Below, one piece after another: positions 54,329 to 63,533 of a DNA stretch of 64,000 bases. Each line of letters begins with the position of its first letter. Positions within the stretch are counted from its first letter, which is position 1. The notes beneath the pieces were generated by a model that made no database searches, was not told the origin of the DNA, and saw only the letters and a program-made list of their open reading frames with translations. Origin of the DNA: a virus (taxonomy: Duplodnaviria > Caudoviricetes). The DNA lies in IMG/VR virus record IMGVR_UViG_3300043173_000386, positions 7,344 through 71,343 of that record; one strand, written 5' to 3'. A program made the position numbers and the translations under genes.

Positions 54329-54366
54329 GATCGGCATTGGGTCGCATGAGTGACCGCCAACTGATC
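54329..54366 (+). promoter_or_regulatory. CGC-AUGA-GUG hairpin (copy 4) on an extended stem
   Basis: GAUCGG-ca-UUG-GGUCGC AUGA GUGACC-gc-CAA-CUGAUC; 16-nt exact match to copy 3. Confidence 0.65.
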
Positions 54367-54431
54367 AGCGAATCAGGGAGCGTCACCGTGAATCAACTCA
54401 ACCTCACCGACTCGGCCAATTCGATGTCCTG

Positions 54432-54746
54432 ATGGCCGACACGCTCACCAAACAACCGTCCGAGTCCCGACTCTATGATATGGACTTTTCGCCGCGCCTG
54501 GCCGTTGGCGAAAACCTCACTGGCACCCCTACGGTTACGGAAAAGACGGTCGATCAAGAAACCGGCCTCAAAACCGTGAGCACGGACCTGACCTTTGGGA
54601 TTCCAACATCGAGCGGTCAGATTGCTCAGGTGCGGATCTCTGTGGGCCTTGATGGAGTTCTTTACGAGGTTACGTTCGTCAGCAATACGACGCTCGGAAA
54701 CATCGTTGAGGCAGAAGGTCTGATGCTGGTGCTGGATACGGTTTAA
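54432..54746 (+). CDS. Putative fibre-tail adaptor protein
   Basis: KQPSE...Y.MDF...L..GE.L...G.DG..Y.VT.V..T..G...EAEG pattern. Confidence 0.65.
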   Translation: MADTLTKQPSESRLYDMDFSPRLAVGENLTGTPTVTEKTVDQETGLKTVSTDLTFGIPTSSGQIAQVRISVGLDGVLYEVTFVSNTTLGNIVEAEGLMLVLDTV

Positions 54747-56008
54747 TGCCTACGCCAGTCAAAATGGAAGGATGGGCGGAAGGCCTCAACACGATTCTTC
54801 GTGCTGACTCCCTGCCGACCGATGCCTTGCGGCGCTGCGTGAACTTTGACGTTGACGATGCTGGCAAGCTGTCGCTGCGGCAAGGCTCCACAAAGGTCTA
54901 TAGCGGTACGATCACCAAGGGTACGTTGTGGTCGAGCGAAGATTTCTCGCGCACCCTGTTTGTCGAAGCCGGTAGCCTTTTTGAGCTCATCGAATGGCCC
55001 ATCGGCACCTACACCGGGCGCCTAGTTCGCACCGGTGTTGGCTCAAACCGCATGGCCTATCTGGATCTCAACGGCCGCACGTATTACAGCAACGGCGTGA
55101 TTACCGGCCAGATGGAACCCGATGGCAGCGACATTGCTTGGGGGATCCCCGGTCCCGGTACACAACCGAATCTCGCGCAAGCGACTTCCGGCGAGCTCCC
55201 GGCTGGCAGCTATCAGGTTGCGACTACATGGATTTCCGATACTGGCGAGGAATCAGGCACAGGCCTGGCTGCCAACATCGAGGTTGTGAACGATGGCAGC
55301 TCGATCCTGCTGAGTGATTTTGCACCGCCACCTTTGTCCGTGGCGTTTATCCGTGTGTACGTGTCGCATGGCGATGGCGTAGGCCTGTATCGGATTGCCG
55401 ATCTGCACCCGGCAGCGCCGAGCTATGAGATCGACAAGGTTTCAAACACCGCGGCATTCCGCTTGCAAACGCAATTCGGTATGCCACCACCGCCAGCCGA
55501 GATCCTTGAGTACCACAATGGCCGGATCTACATGGTGAACAACAACATTCTCTGGTTCACGGAGCCGCTGCGCTATGGCTTGGTCAAGCCGATGAAGGGC
55601 TGGATACAGTTTCCGAAACGCATAACGATTGTCAAAGCCGTGGACGATGGGATCTACGTTTGCTCTGACCGTACCTATTGGGTTTCAGGTGTCGATACGC
55701 CGCAGTTTCACCAGCGAGAAGTGCTGCCCTACGGCGGCGTCTTTGGCACCGGGATCAATCTTCCAAACTTCGATGCAGTGGCGTGGTTCTCCAACCGCGG
55801 CATCATCTTTGGTGGAGAAAACGGCGAGGTATTGAACATCATGGAGGATCGCGTGGCGGTAGCCGAGCATGGCTACGGCGCGATGCTCTGGCGTGAACAC
55901 AAAGGCTTGCGGCAGATGGTCGCAAACTTGTGGGACGGTGAGCTGAATCTTTATTCAGCAGCCGATTATGTTGCTCTCGAAACCGCTCGGGGCGGCGTAT
56001 TTATTTAA
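54746..56008 (+). CDS. Tail tubular/stabilization protein (putative beta-propeller)
   Basis: GLN...NFDVDDAGKLSLRQG, LNGRTYYSNG, HNGRIY...LWFTEP..YG. Confidence 0.7.
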   Translation: MPTPVKMEGWAEGLNTILRADSLPTDALRRCVNFDVDDAGKLSLRQGSTKVYSGTITKGTLWSSEDFSRTLFVEAGSLFELIEWPIGTYTGRLVRTGVGSNRMAYLDLNGRTYYSNGVITGQMEPDGSDIAWGIPGPGTQPNLAQATSGELPAGSYQVATTWISDTGEESGTGLAANIEVVNDGSSILLSDFAPPPLSVAFIRVYVSHGDGVGLYRIADLHPAAPSYEIDKVSNTAAFRLQTQFGMPPPPAEILEYHNGRIYMVNNNILWFTEPLRYGLVKPMKGWIQFPKRITIVKAVDDGIYVCSDRTYWVSGVDTPQFHQREVLPYGGVFGTGINLPNFDAVAWFSNRGIIFGGENGEVLNIMEDRVAVAEHGYGAMLWREHKGLRQMVANLWDGELNLYSAADYVALETARGGVFI

Positions 56009-56020
56009 CGAGGTAAAGTT

Positions 56021-56803
56021 ATGGCTAATTTGGCTGATTTTTTAGTAAGGCTCTCGGGCGGCGCCGCGCAAACGGACCCGCTTCTGGCGCTTGGTGGTGT
56101 GATGAGCACTGTCACCGGCGGCAAGGTTCTGTCGCAGACGTTCACCGGGTTGACAATCACAGGCGTCACGATTGACGACGCAATGGGCAACACGCCCGGC
56201 TCAGGCTCGCTGTTCTTTGACCAGAGCGCGAACACTCTGCGCTGGACGCCCCCAGGTGGCACCGCCGGTACGCCGGTCGATGTAACCGGCGACGGTGTGT
56301 ATGCCATTCAAGGCGGCGCCGATGGTGGCGTATTGCTGGTGGATATCGTCAACGCTTCGCTGCCGAGCTCGGATGCAACCAACACGATTGCGATTGCCAA
56401 CCGGGTGCTGAACATTTTCGATGATGTGACCAAGGCCGAGGCGAAAGCCGGCGTCTTTGATTACCGTGGGCTTTATTTCGAGAATGCACACGCTTCCGAA
56501 TCCATGACTGACGCACGATTTTGGGTGGAGAACAACACCCCAGGTCAGGACGTAGTGAACATTGCCGATGGTGACGAGGCGGTGAATGTCGCGCTTGAAG
56601 TCATTGGCGATCAGAACACCGCGCCCGCGGGTCCGGATTTTGATACGGCAAACCCGGTGGATTATGCGTCCGGTATCGTACTGCCAACACCCTTGGCCTT
56701 TAGTGACTTCAAAGGCTGGTGGATCAGGCGCACGGTGCCTGCAGATGTTTCGGCAGCAGAGGACAACAACACGTTCCGCGTTGGCTTCCGCATCTTTGTA
56801 TGA
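56021..56803 (+). CDS. Putative tail structural protein
   Basis: LSGGA...DP..ALGG.MS, NIFDDV...EA.AG..DYRGLY, WWIRRTVP. Confidence 0.7.
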   Translation: MANLADFLVRLSGGAAQTDPLLALGGVMSTVTGGKVLSQTFTGLTITGVTIDDAMGNTPGSGSLFFDQSANTLRWTPPGGTAGTPVDVTGDGVYAIQGGADGGVLLVDIVNASLPSSDATNTIAIANRVLNIFDDVTKAEAKAGVFDYRGLYFENAHASESMTDARFWVENNTPGQDVVNIADGDEAVNVALEVIGDQNTAPAGPDFDTANPVDYASGIVLPTPLAFSDFKGWWIRRTVPADVSAAEDNNTFRVGFRIFV

Positions 56804-56815
56804 CGGGGGCGCTCT

Positions 56816-57889
56816 GTGTCGCACATTTGGTCAGATGGCTTTACTGCCTACGAGCTGCTGTCGGACCTCGATAGCCTGTACACCCGCGAGGGCGTGAGTA
56901 GCAATCTGAGGTTGGTACAGGCTGGTGGTCCGAACGAAAACGGCTCGATACGCTTAGGTGGCGTCAATCGAAGTGAGGCCGGGTTTTATCGTGATCTTGG
57001 CACTGCGATAACGACCGGCTTCATCGGCTTCTGGTTCAGGTTTAACGCCTTCGATCCGACCGACGATCTGGACGATATGATCATGTATCTGGCGTCCACC
57101 ACCACTGCGCGGGCGTCAATGCGGATCAGTGAGGATGGCAGTATCCAGATCCGGCGCAGCACCACCGGCACTGAGCATTTCGATTCGTCAGACATTACCG
57201 ACACTGCAGACGGTCAACAGCACTTCCTGTTCCGGGGAACCGAATACAAGATCGAACTCAAAATCGTGGGCGTCAATACCTCGGGCGCTCTTGAATTGCG
57301 AGTCAACGATGAAGTGTGGGGTTTGCTGGACAGTAAGGATTTCGACGGCACTTACAACCGCATCTATTTCAAGACCGGGCAGACCGGCTCGGGTGCGGAT
57401 TTCGAGATCTGCGATCTGTATGTCATGGACGATCAAGGGACGATTGGTGAGAACGCGAGATTCCTTGGGTCAACGTGGAAGATTGAGCTCATCCGGCCCG
57501 ATGCGGAAGCAGCCGGTATTGCGTTCACTCCGGAGAGCGGCGTCGATAACTCGGCAATGGTGGATGATGCGCCGCGCAACAATCAGGACACCGACTGGAA
57601 TGACTCAACCGGTGATGCCCAGGTGGACCGCTTCACCAGCACCGACGCGCTCGATGGTGGTCTGGTTCACAGCGTATCGTTGTTGAATGTCGCGCGACAT
57701 TTGGGCGCGGCTCAGAACTTTCGCGCTGTGATCTTTGAGGGGGCCACTGCCGGCAACGGTGCCGACGAGGCCTTGGCCGAGACATTCGCGGTGTTCATGG
57801 AAGATTTTGAAATCAATCCCGACACCAGCCTGCCGTGGACAGTCACCGAAATTGAGGCCTCTGAGTTCGGCTACGAGTCTAGGGCGTAA
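56816..57889 (+). CDS. Lectin-like tail appendage protein, paralog 4
   Basis: DGFTAY, EYKIELK, ICDLYVMDD...FLG, INPDT..PWT..EI.A.EFGY. Confidence 0.75.
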   Translation: MSHIWSDGFTAYELLSDLDSLYTREGVSSNLRLVQAGGPNENGSIRLGGVNRSEAGFYRDLGTAITTGFIGFWFRFNAFDPTDDLDDMIMYLASTTTARASMRISEDGSIQIRRSTTGTEHFDSSDITDTADGQQHFLFRGTEYKIELKIVGVNTSGALELRVNDEVWGLLDSKDFDGTYNRIYFKTGQTGSGADFEICDLYVMDDQGTIGENARFLGSTWKIELIRPDAEAAGIAFTPESGVDNSAMVDDAPRNNQDTDWNDSTGDAQVDRFTSTDALDGGLVHSVSLLNVARHLGAAQNFRAVIFEGATAGNGADEALAETFAVFMEDFEINPDTSLPWTVTEIEASEFGYESRA

Positions 57890-59277
57890 TGGTCGCTCGC
57901 GTCACACAAACATACCTTGAGGTCTTAACGACCTCGGGTGTCGCCTTGACCGGATATCTGGACGCCGCCTACACGCACGATTATGTGGCGCCGCAAGGCT
58001 GGCTCGACGGCGAATATGAACTGCCTGCGGTTTTCCCGGCCACCGGCTTTATCGACAGTGAAAATTTCCTGCCCGGTACGAGCTCGCCAATCGGCTTCTT
58101 GGATGATCAGTACACCCTTGTCGATGCTGGCGGTTCCACCGGTTACGTCGATGGTGAATATCTCATCGACGTTACGCTGCAGCTTACCGGCTGGCTCGAT
58201 AGCGAATACACGCTCGATGTGTTCGGTTCGCCAACCGGATATGTCGATGGCGAGTATTCGATTGAGATTGAGCTTGCGCTGACCAGCTATGTCGATGGCG
58301 AGTATTCGATACCAGAATCAATTCGTGCGACCGGCTGGCTCGACTCAAACTACATTCTGGAATCCGGCGCAGGCCTGGGTGGCTGGCTGGATAGTGAATA
58401 CCAGCTCGACGCCTTTACACAACTGACCTCGGCCCTCGATGCCGGCTACTTGCTGCCGAAGGGCATCCTCGATCAGTTAAGCGGCTGGCTGGACGGTGAA
58501 TACACGCTCAATGCCCTGTTTGCGCTAAACAGCTTCCTCGACGGTCAGTTCCAGTTACAGGTATTCAAGCAGCTCACCGGCTGGACTGACGAGCAGTACA
58601 ACATTGAGATCGAGACGATCCTCAATGGCTTCCTCGACGCGGAGTTCGTGCTCAATGCGTATCTGCCGGCGACCGGCTATCTCGATGAAGAATATGCGCT
58701 GCAGATTTACGCCTCGCCAATCGGTTATCTGGATGGTCAGTACAACCTCATGCAGTTGGCGCAGCGCACCGGATGGCTGGACGCGATGTATATGCTGGAT
58801 GCCACTGAGGAAGTGACAACCTGGGTATCCAATCAGAACACCGGCGCACCGTCGCGATACGAGGGCCACGACTTCCATTCATTCGCCCGCATTGGCAATG
58901 ATTACATCGGTGCGAAAACTGACGGTATCTATCTGCTGGATGGCGCCGACGACGCCGGCGTGGACATTGACGCCATTGCCACGACCGGTCGGCTGGACTT
59001 CGGTTCATCGAATGCAAAACGGATTCTCGCGGCTTACATCGGCTTGGCATCGAGCGGGCAGTTACACTTGACGCTACGCACAGACGCCGGCCGATCGACC
59101 GGTCCATTCCAGTTACGTGTTGCCAGCACCGGCGCCCAGGTTGAGCGTACCAAGCTGCAGAAGGGTATTCAGTCTCGCTATTGGGAGTTCGACATTGAGA
59201 ATTTCGAGGGCTCTGCTTTGGAGCTGGACGATATCGAGTTTGATGTAGTGGAGTTGGCCCGCCGACTGAAACGCTAA
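57889..59277 (+). CDS. Tail protein with 18 short beta-repeats and conserved C-terminal domain
   Basis: G(W/Y/F)LD.EY.L repeats; C-terminal DFHSFARIG...DGIYLL.G.DD.G...TG..DFGS...KR. Confidence 0.75.
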   Translation: MVARVTQTYLEVLTTSGVALTGYLDAAYTHDYVAPQGWLDGEYELPAVFPATGFIDSENFLPGTSSPIGFLDDQYTLVDAGGSTGYVDGEYLIDVTLQLTGWLDSEYTLDVFGSPTGYVDGEYSIEIELALTSYVDGEYSIPESIRATGWLDSNYILESGAGLGGWLDSEYQLDAFTQLTSALDAGYLLPKGILDQLSGWLDGEYTLNALFALNSFLDGQFQLQVFKQLTGWTDEQYNIEIETILNGFLDAEFVLNAYLPATGYLDEEYALQIYASPIGYLDGQYNLMQLAQRTGWLDAMYMLDATEEVTTWVSNQNTGAPSRYEGHDFHSFARIGNDYIGAKTDGIYLLDGADDAGVDIDAIATTGRLDFGSSNAKRILAAYIGLASSGQLHLTLRTDAGRSTGPFQLRVASTGAQVERTKLQKGIQSRYWEFDIENFEGSALELDDIEFDVVELARRLKR

Positions 59278-61241
59278 TGACGGTTATCGCATCCGGGTCA
59301 GGTGTCCCGTACAACACTTCATATTCGTTTGAAGATCCTCTCCTGCACCCCTATCAGCGCCGCGCTGACAAGCGGCTCAACTTCATTCTCGATCAGCTCG
59401 ACTTAGGCTCTGACGCCAATCTCGGCTACACCAAAGTAACGTGGCTGCCTGACGAGATTGTACGTGTCCGGTATTGGGCGCAGGAAGGCATCACGCAACC
59501 GATCATTGTGGTGCGCGTGGAGTTCCAAGAGGATTTCCGAAACAAATTTCAGCAGGAAAAGCTCGCAGAATTACTCGAGGAAATCGAGGATGAGGACGAC
59601 GACGATGTGCCGCCACCAAGGAAATACATACCGTTCATGTGGGTTGGCATTGCGGCCATTGAGCATAGCTTGGCAGGCGGCTTCCCCGATAATCCGAACT
59701 GTGGATTTTGGGGCTATCCAATAGACCCGCGCTTGTGTGGCTTCGATCCGAGGCAGGCTGGCGCGCAACAGGTAGATTACGATTTTGAGCATAGTTGCGA
59801 AAGTTTTCCGGGCCTCTTGGCTATCGGAGGGAGTTGGGCCTCGCGCGTCGGCAACAACGCAGCCCAACAACGGTTTTTTCGGGTCAATGGCGGGCAGACC
59901 TACGTTTACAACCAGTTCGGCATAGAACAAGGCACCTTTCAGGACACTGATTGGCTGCTGACGGCAAATGGGTTGGTACAGGCCACGCACACCAACATGA
60001 TTGCGCTTGAGCACGTTGATACTCAGGTCACACAGCCGGTCGCCGCACTTGGCACTGGACTTAGCAAACTTCCGGATGGCTATTGGAAACGATCAATTAT
60101 CGTCGCACCGGGAGGCATCGAATTTCCAAATGGATCTTTCGGCTATGTCAACGAGCTCGGCGGTGGCGTTGCGGCAACCATGAGCGCGACCTATAGCGGC
60201 GGCACCATCGTAAGTGAACTGATACCCGGCAAATATGAAATCCAAGCGTTCAGCCAAACCTTCCAGTGCGAATGCACCCAGGCGCGGATACATATTCGAT
60301 TTGTCATGGGCGATGGAGCCGGCGAGGTGACCGTAACGGACTTCTTTCCGGCCAGCATCGGCACCCCACCAATAAATAATCGCATGTTTTACTTGCGGGA
60401 TCTGGTGTTGGGTGGCAATCCACCCTGCGGGGAAGCCAATGAGGAAACAGTGTTTGGGCCTAATGACGGTGGCCTTGGCTGGTGGGAGTTCTCGGTTCAG
60501 GCCGATGTTCAAAACGGCGTCCTCTCGGATGCCGACACAGCGCATCGTGATGCACCGTTTTTTGGGAGCGGCTGCGCGGCCACGCCTAAGAAGGGACCAG
60601 ATTTTCCGGCCTGCAGAAGTTGTTCCGGCGAGACAACTGTGGCGCCCGCTAACAATCTTGACTACCCGAACGGTATTCACTGGCTTACCTTTAACGCGCC
60701 CGGTGGACAGTCCACGTTAGATCTCCGCGGCGGTGTGCTGTGGCACATGGCTCGGGTCGCTCAGGTTGATGGCGATGGTCATATTTGCAGGATTGTTCTG
60801 CTTGGCAATGATGGCGCTGCAGGCGCTTGCGCCTGTACCCCTTTCAGCTATGGGACCAACATGCCGGCGCTTGGCGTGAGTGCGGATATCCCACTCGGCA
60901 GCAATTTGACTGAGTTGTGTGGTGCCGAACAGTGTCAAGTGGCTTTTGGCGTTGGCGAACAGGTCGTCGTCGTCGGCTGGACAAACTTCTTCGGAGTTCC
61001 CTGCGGCGTTCTCGGTGGTGACTGGAAATTGATTGTGACCAAGCCGCATGGTGGACACGGCGAAGATTTTACCTCGTTGTTCTGGTCAGATCTCCGATGC
61101 GGAGAAGCGAAAGCGGTTGAGGAATTTTTTGCTAAGGTCGAGCAAGCGTTCAAGTTACGCTCGGAATGTAGTGGCCCGCCAATCGGTGTGACCTGTGCTG
61201 CCGGTAACGACTGTACCGGTCAGTTGACTTGCACAGAGTAG
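59277..61241 (+). CDS. Cys-rich tail/receptor-binding-type protein
   Basis: About 20 Cys, Gly-rich beta regions, acidic linker EEIEDEDDDD. Confidence 0.7.
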   Translation: MTVIASGSGVPYNTSYSFEDPLLHPYQRRADKRLNFILDQLDLGSDANLGYTKVTWLPDEIVRVRYWAQEGITQPIIVVRVEFQEDFRNKFQQEKLAELLEEIEDEDDDDVPPPRKYIPFMWVGIAAIEHSLAGGFPDNPNCGFWGYPIDPRLCGFDPRQAGAQQVDYDFEHSCESFPGLLAIGGSWASRVGNNAAQQRFFRVNGGQTYVYNQFGIEQGTFQDTDWLLTANGLVQATHTNMIALEHVDTQVTQPVAALGTGLSKLPDGYWKRSIIVAPGGIEFPNGSFGYVNELGGGVAATMSATYSGGTIVSELIPGKYEIQAFSQTFQCECTQARIHIRFVMGDGAGEVTVTDFFPASIGTPPINNRMFYLRDLVLGGNPPCGEANEETVFGPNDGGLGWWEFSVQADVQNGVLSDADTAHRDAPFFGSGCAATPKKGPDFPACRSCSGETTVAPANNLDYPNGIHWLTFNAPGGQSTLDLRGGVLWHMARVAQVDGDGHICRIVLLGNDGAAGACACTPFSYGTNMPALGVSADIPLGSNLTELCGAEQCQVAFGVGEQVVVVGWTNFFGVPCGVLGGDWKLIVTKPHGGHGEDFTSLFWSDLRCGEAKAVEEFFAKVEQAFKLRSECSGPPIGVTCAAGNDCTGQLTCTE

Positions 61242-61290
61242 TTCCTAGCACCGCTACCGGATTTGAGGGTAGAATCGGCCGGAATCTTGG
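61238..61290 (+). promoter_or_regulatory. Possible divergent third copy of the late promoter element
   Basis: gtagttccTAGCAC-N18-TAGAATcggccggaatcttgg resembles copies A/B. Confidence 0.4.
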
Positions 61291-61310
61291 GGAGGGTTTA
61301 GAGGCTTGGT

Positions 61311-63533
61311 ATGGCTGAAACAATCTTCCAATCGAATCTAACCGAAGATTCCCAACCATCGGCAACGATTCTTACGCCTGACAAAATTGGCGATCCCAAT
61401 TTTCTCGTAAATATCAATGAGACTCTCACTCCTGACTCAACCCTGCTGATTTTGGAGACTGCGCTTGCGTCTTTTGAAAGAATCACGGTAGAGACTGAAC
61501 CATTACCGGGCTGCCCGGCCATTCGGGACTTCCCCTTGCCGGTATTTGGTGCGGATCCTGTTCTTATTCCGCTGCCGCCGATCGCTCCGGAGCTCGACCC
61601 GCTACCGCCGCTGGCGGATCTGACAGCCCCGCTATTTACCGGCACCCCCTTCTCTGCTCAGTTATTTGATGGCGTGGCTCCGGTTACACCGGACTTTCCG
61701 ATATCTCCGAATGCGCCGGCGCTCAATACAATCATCCCGTTTGCGTTGGATGGAACGCCGGTATTAGGTGGCAGTGATCCGGATATCGTGTTCCCGCTCG
61801 CCCCGGCTGATTTTGCGGGCGTCATTCCCCTAAGCCCGGTACTTGCTGAACCGTTGATACCGCCCACACCGGACGACACCCTGCCGGCGGCGCCGCTGCT
61901 TGCGGACGTTACTCTGCCGACAGCGCCTACCATCTTCATTCCTTCGTTCTTGGCGACCCTGAGCGATGGGCCTATCGCGCCTACAGATACATTCTCGTAC
62001 AACGAAGTGCCGTACACCGATGATCTGCTTGATGATTTGACAGACAAACTAGAGTTCTTCTTGGGTGCTAACACCACCGGTCTGTCGGCCCTGATCTGGC
62101 AACAGATTTGGGACCGGGCAACCGAGCGTGAGGATTTTCTGGCGATCAAGGCGCGGGACGAGGGCAGCATGGAGTTTGCAGCCCGCGGCTTCTCGCTGCC
62201 GCCGGGCGCCCAGGTGGCCCGCGATCAGGAAATCCTGCAGGGCAATCAAGATATCGCCTCAAGCCTGTCCCGCGAACAGGCCATCGAGGAAGCGCGACTT
62301 GAGGTTGAGAACGTCCGCTTTGCGATCACCAGCACCATCGAGCTGCAAATTGCCCTGATCCGTAATCATTCCGAGATCAACGCGCGAGCTCTGGAAGTAG
62401 CGCGGCTGACCGTCGAGCTGCCAATCACGCTATTCAGGGCAGAGGTTGATGCCCACAACGTCGAAGTACAGGCGTTCCGGGCTCAGGTGGACGTATTTAC
62501 GGCGCTCCTGCAGGCCGAGATCACCAAGATTGAGATATTCAAAGCGGAGATCGACGCACAACGTCTGATCACCGAGATCAATTCAGCGCAGATCGCTAAT
62601 TACCGGGCGCAGATCGACGCCGTGATAGCCACCTTTGACCTGTTCCGGGCGCAGCTTGAGGCCGCGCGCTTTACGCTGGATCAGAACCGGCTACGCATTG
62701 AGGAATTTCAATCGCTTGTGGCTGCTTTCGAGGCCGAGGCGAGGGTACAGGTGGCGACCGCTCAGATATTTGAGTCGAAGATCAACGCCGAACGCCTGAA
62801 AGTCGATGTTCGACGTACCGAAGTCGATGCGTTTGCCGCACAGGTACAGTCTTTCGCGGCAGTAAACAACGCCAAGCAGGCCAGCAAGCAGCAGGAAATT
62901 GACGTTGAGCGATTCAAGATCGAGAATTTCCAAGCCGAGGTTCAGGCAGTAACCGCTCAGATCGCGGCGAAAACGGCAGAACTGACCGCAGACGTTGATG
63001 TATTCAACTCATTCATTGCCAAGTTCGGCTCTCAAACTGACGCCGAATCCCGGCGCGTCACGGCTGATACCGCAGTGTTCTCAGGTGAAATCGAGGCATT
63101 CAGCGCCACATCGAGGCGTGATACTGACCTGGCTTCGGCCAGCGCGTCACGATCACAGGCTGTAGCCACACTGTTTGGTGCCGAAGTACAGGCGTTCGGC
63201 GCCGAGGCGCTTGCAGAATCGGCCCGCTTTGAGGCCGAGGTAGGCAAGTACGGCACGGACGTTACCGGCTACTCCGCTCGCATTACTCGGGATCTCGGTG
63301 AGGCTCGCGTGTGTGTCGATCAGCTCGTCGCGCAGCTTTCTCTGTTGCAGGAGAAAATCATTGCCGAGGCTCGCATTGCCGGTCAGATTGCAGCCGCAAC
63401 CATATCGCAGCAATCATTCAGTACCGTATTTTCCAACACCAACTCCGCTTCGACCAGCCACTCGGTAAGCCTGAACAGCACCGGTGGCGGTCAGGAGTTC
63501 CGTAACTATTCCTTTGCATGTGACTGTCCATAA
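61311..63533 (+). CDS. Putative internal virion/tail protein (Pro-rich N-term, long coiled-coil C-term)
   Basis: QQIWDRATERE, FAARGFSLPPG, EQAIEEARLE...RFAI followed by Ala/Glu heptads. Confidence 0.75.
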   Translation: MAETIFQSNLTEDSQPSATILTPDKIGDPNFLVNINETLTPDSTLLILETALASFERITVETEPLPGCPAIRDFPLPVFGADPVLIPLPPIAPELDPLPPLADLTAPLFTGTPFSAQLFDGVAPVTPDFPISPNAPALNTIIPFALDGTPVLGGSDPDIVFPLAPADFAGVIPLSPVLAEPLIPPTPDDTLPAAPLLADVTLPTAPTIFIPSFLATLSDGPIAPTDTFSYNEVPYTDDLLDDLTDKLEFFLGANTTGLSALIWQQIWDRATEREDFLAIKARDEGSMEFAARGFSLPPGAQVARDQEILQGNQDIASSLSREQAIEEARLEVENVRFAITSTIELQIALIRNHSEINARALEVARLTVELPITLFRAEVDAHNVEVQAFRAQVDVFTALLQAEITKIEIFKAEIDAQRLITEINSAQIANYRAQIDAVIATFDLFRAQLEAARFTLDQNRLRIEEFQSLVAAFEAEARVQVATAQIFESKINAERLKVDVRRTEVDAFAAQVQSFAAVNNAKQASKQQEIDVERFKIENFQAEVQAVTAQIAAKTAELTADVDVFNSFIAKFGSQTDAESRRVTADTAVFSGEIEAFSATSRRDTDLASASASRSQAVATLFGAEVQAFGAEALAESARFEAEVGKYGTDVTGYSARITRDLGEARVCVDQLVAQLSLLQEKIIAEARIAGQIAAATISQQSFSTVFSNTNSASTSHSVSLNSTGGGQEFRNYSFACDCP

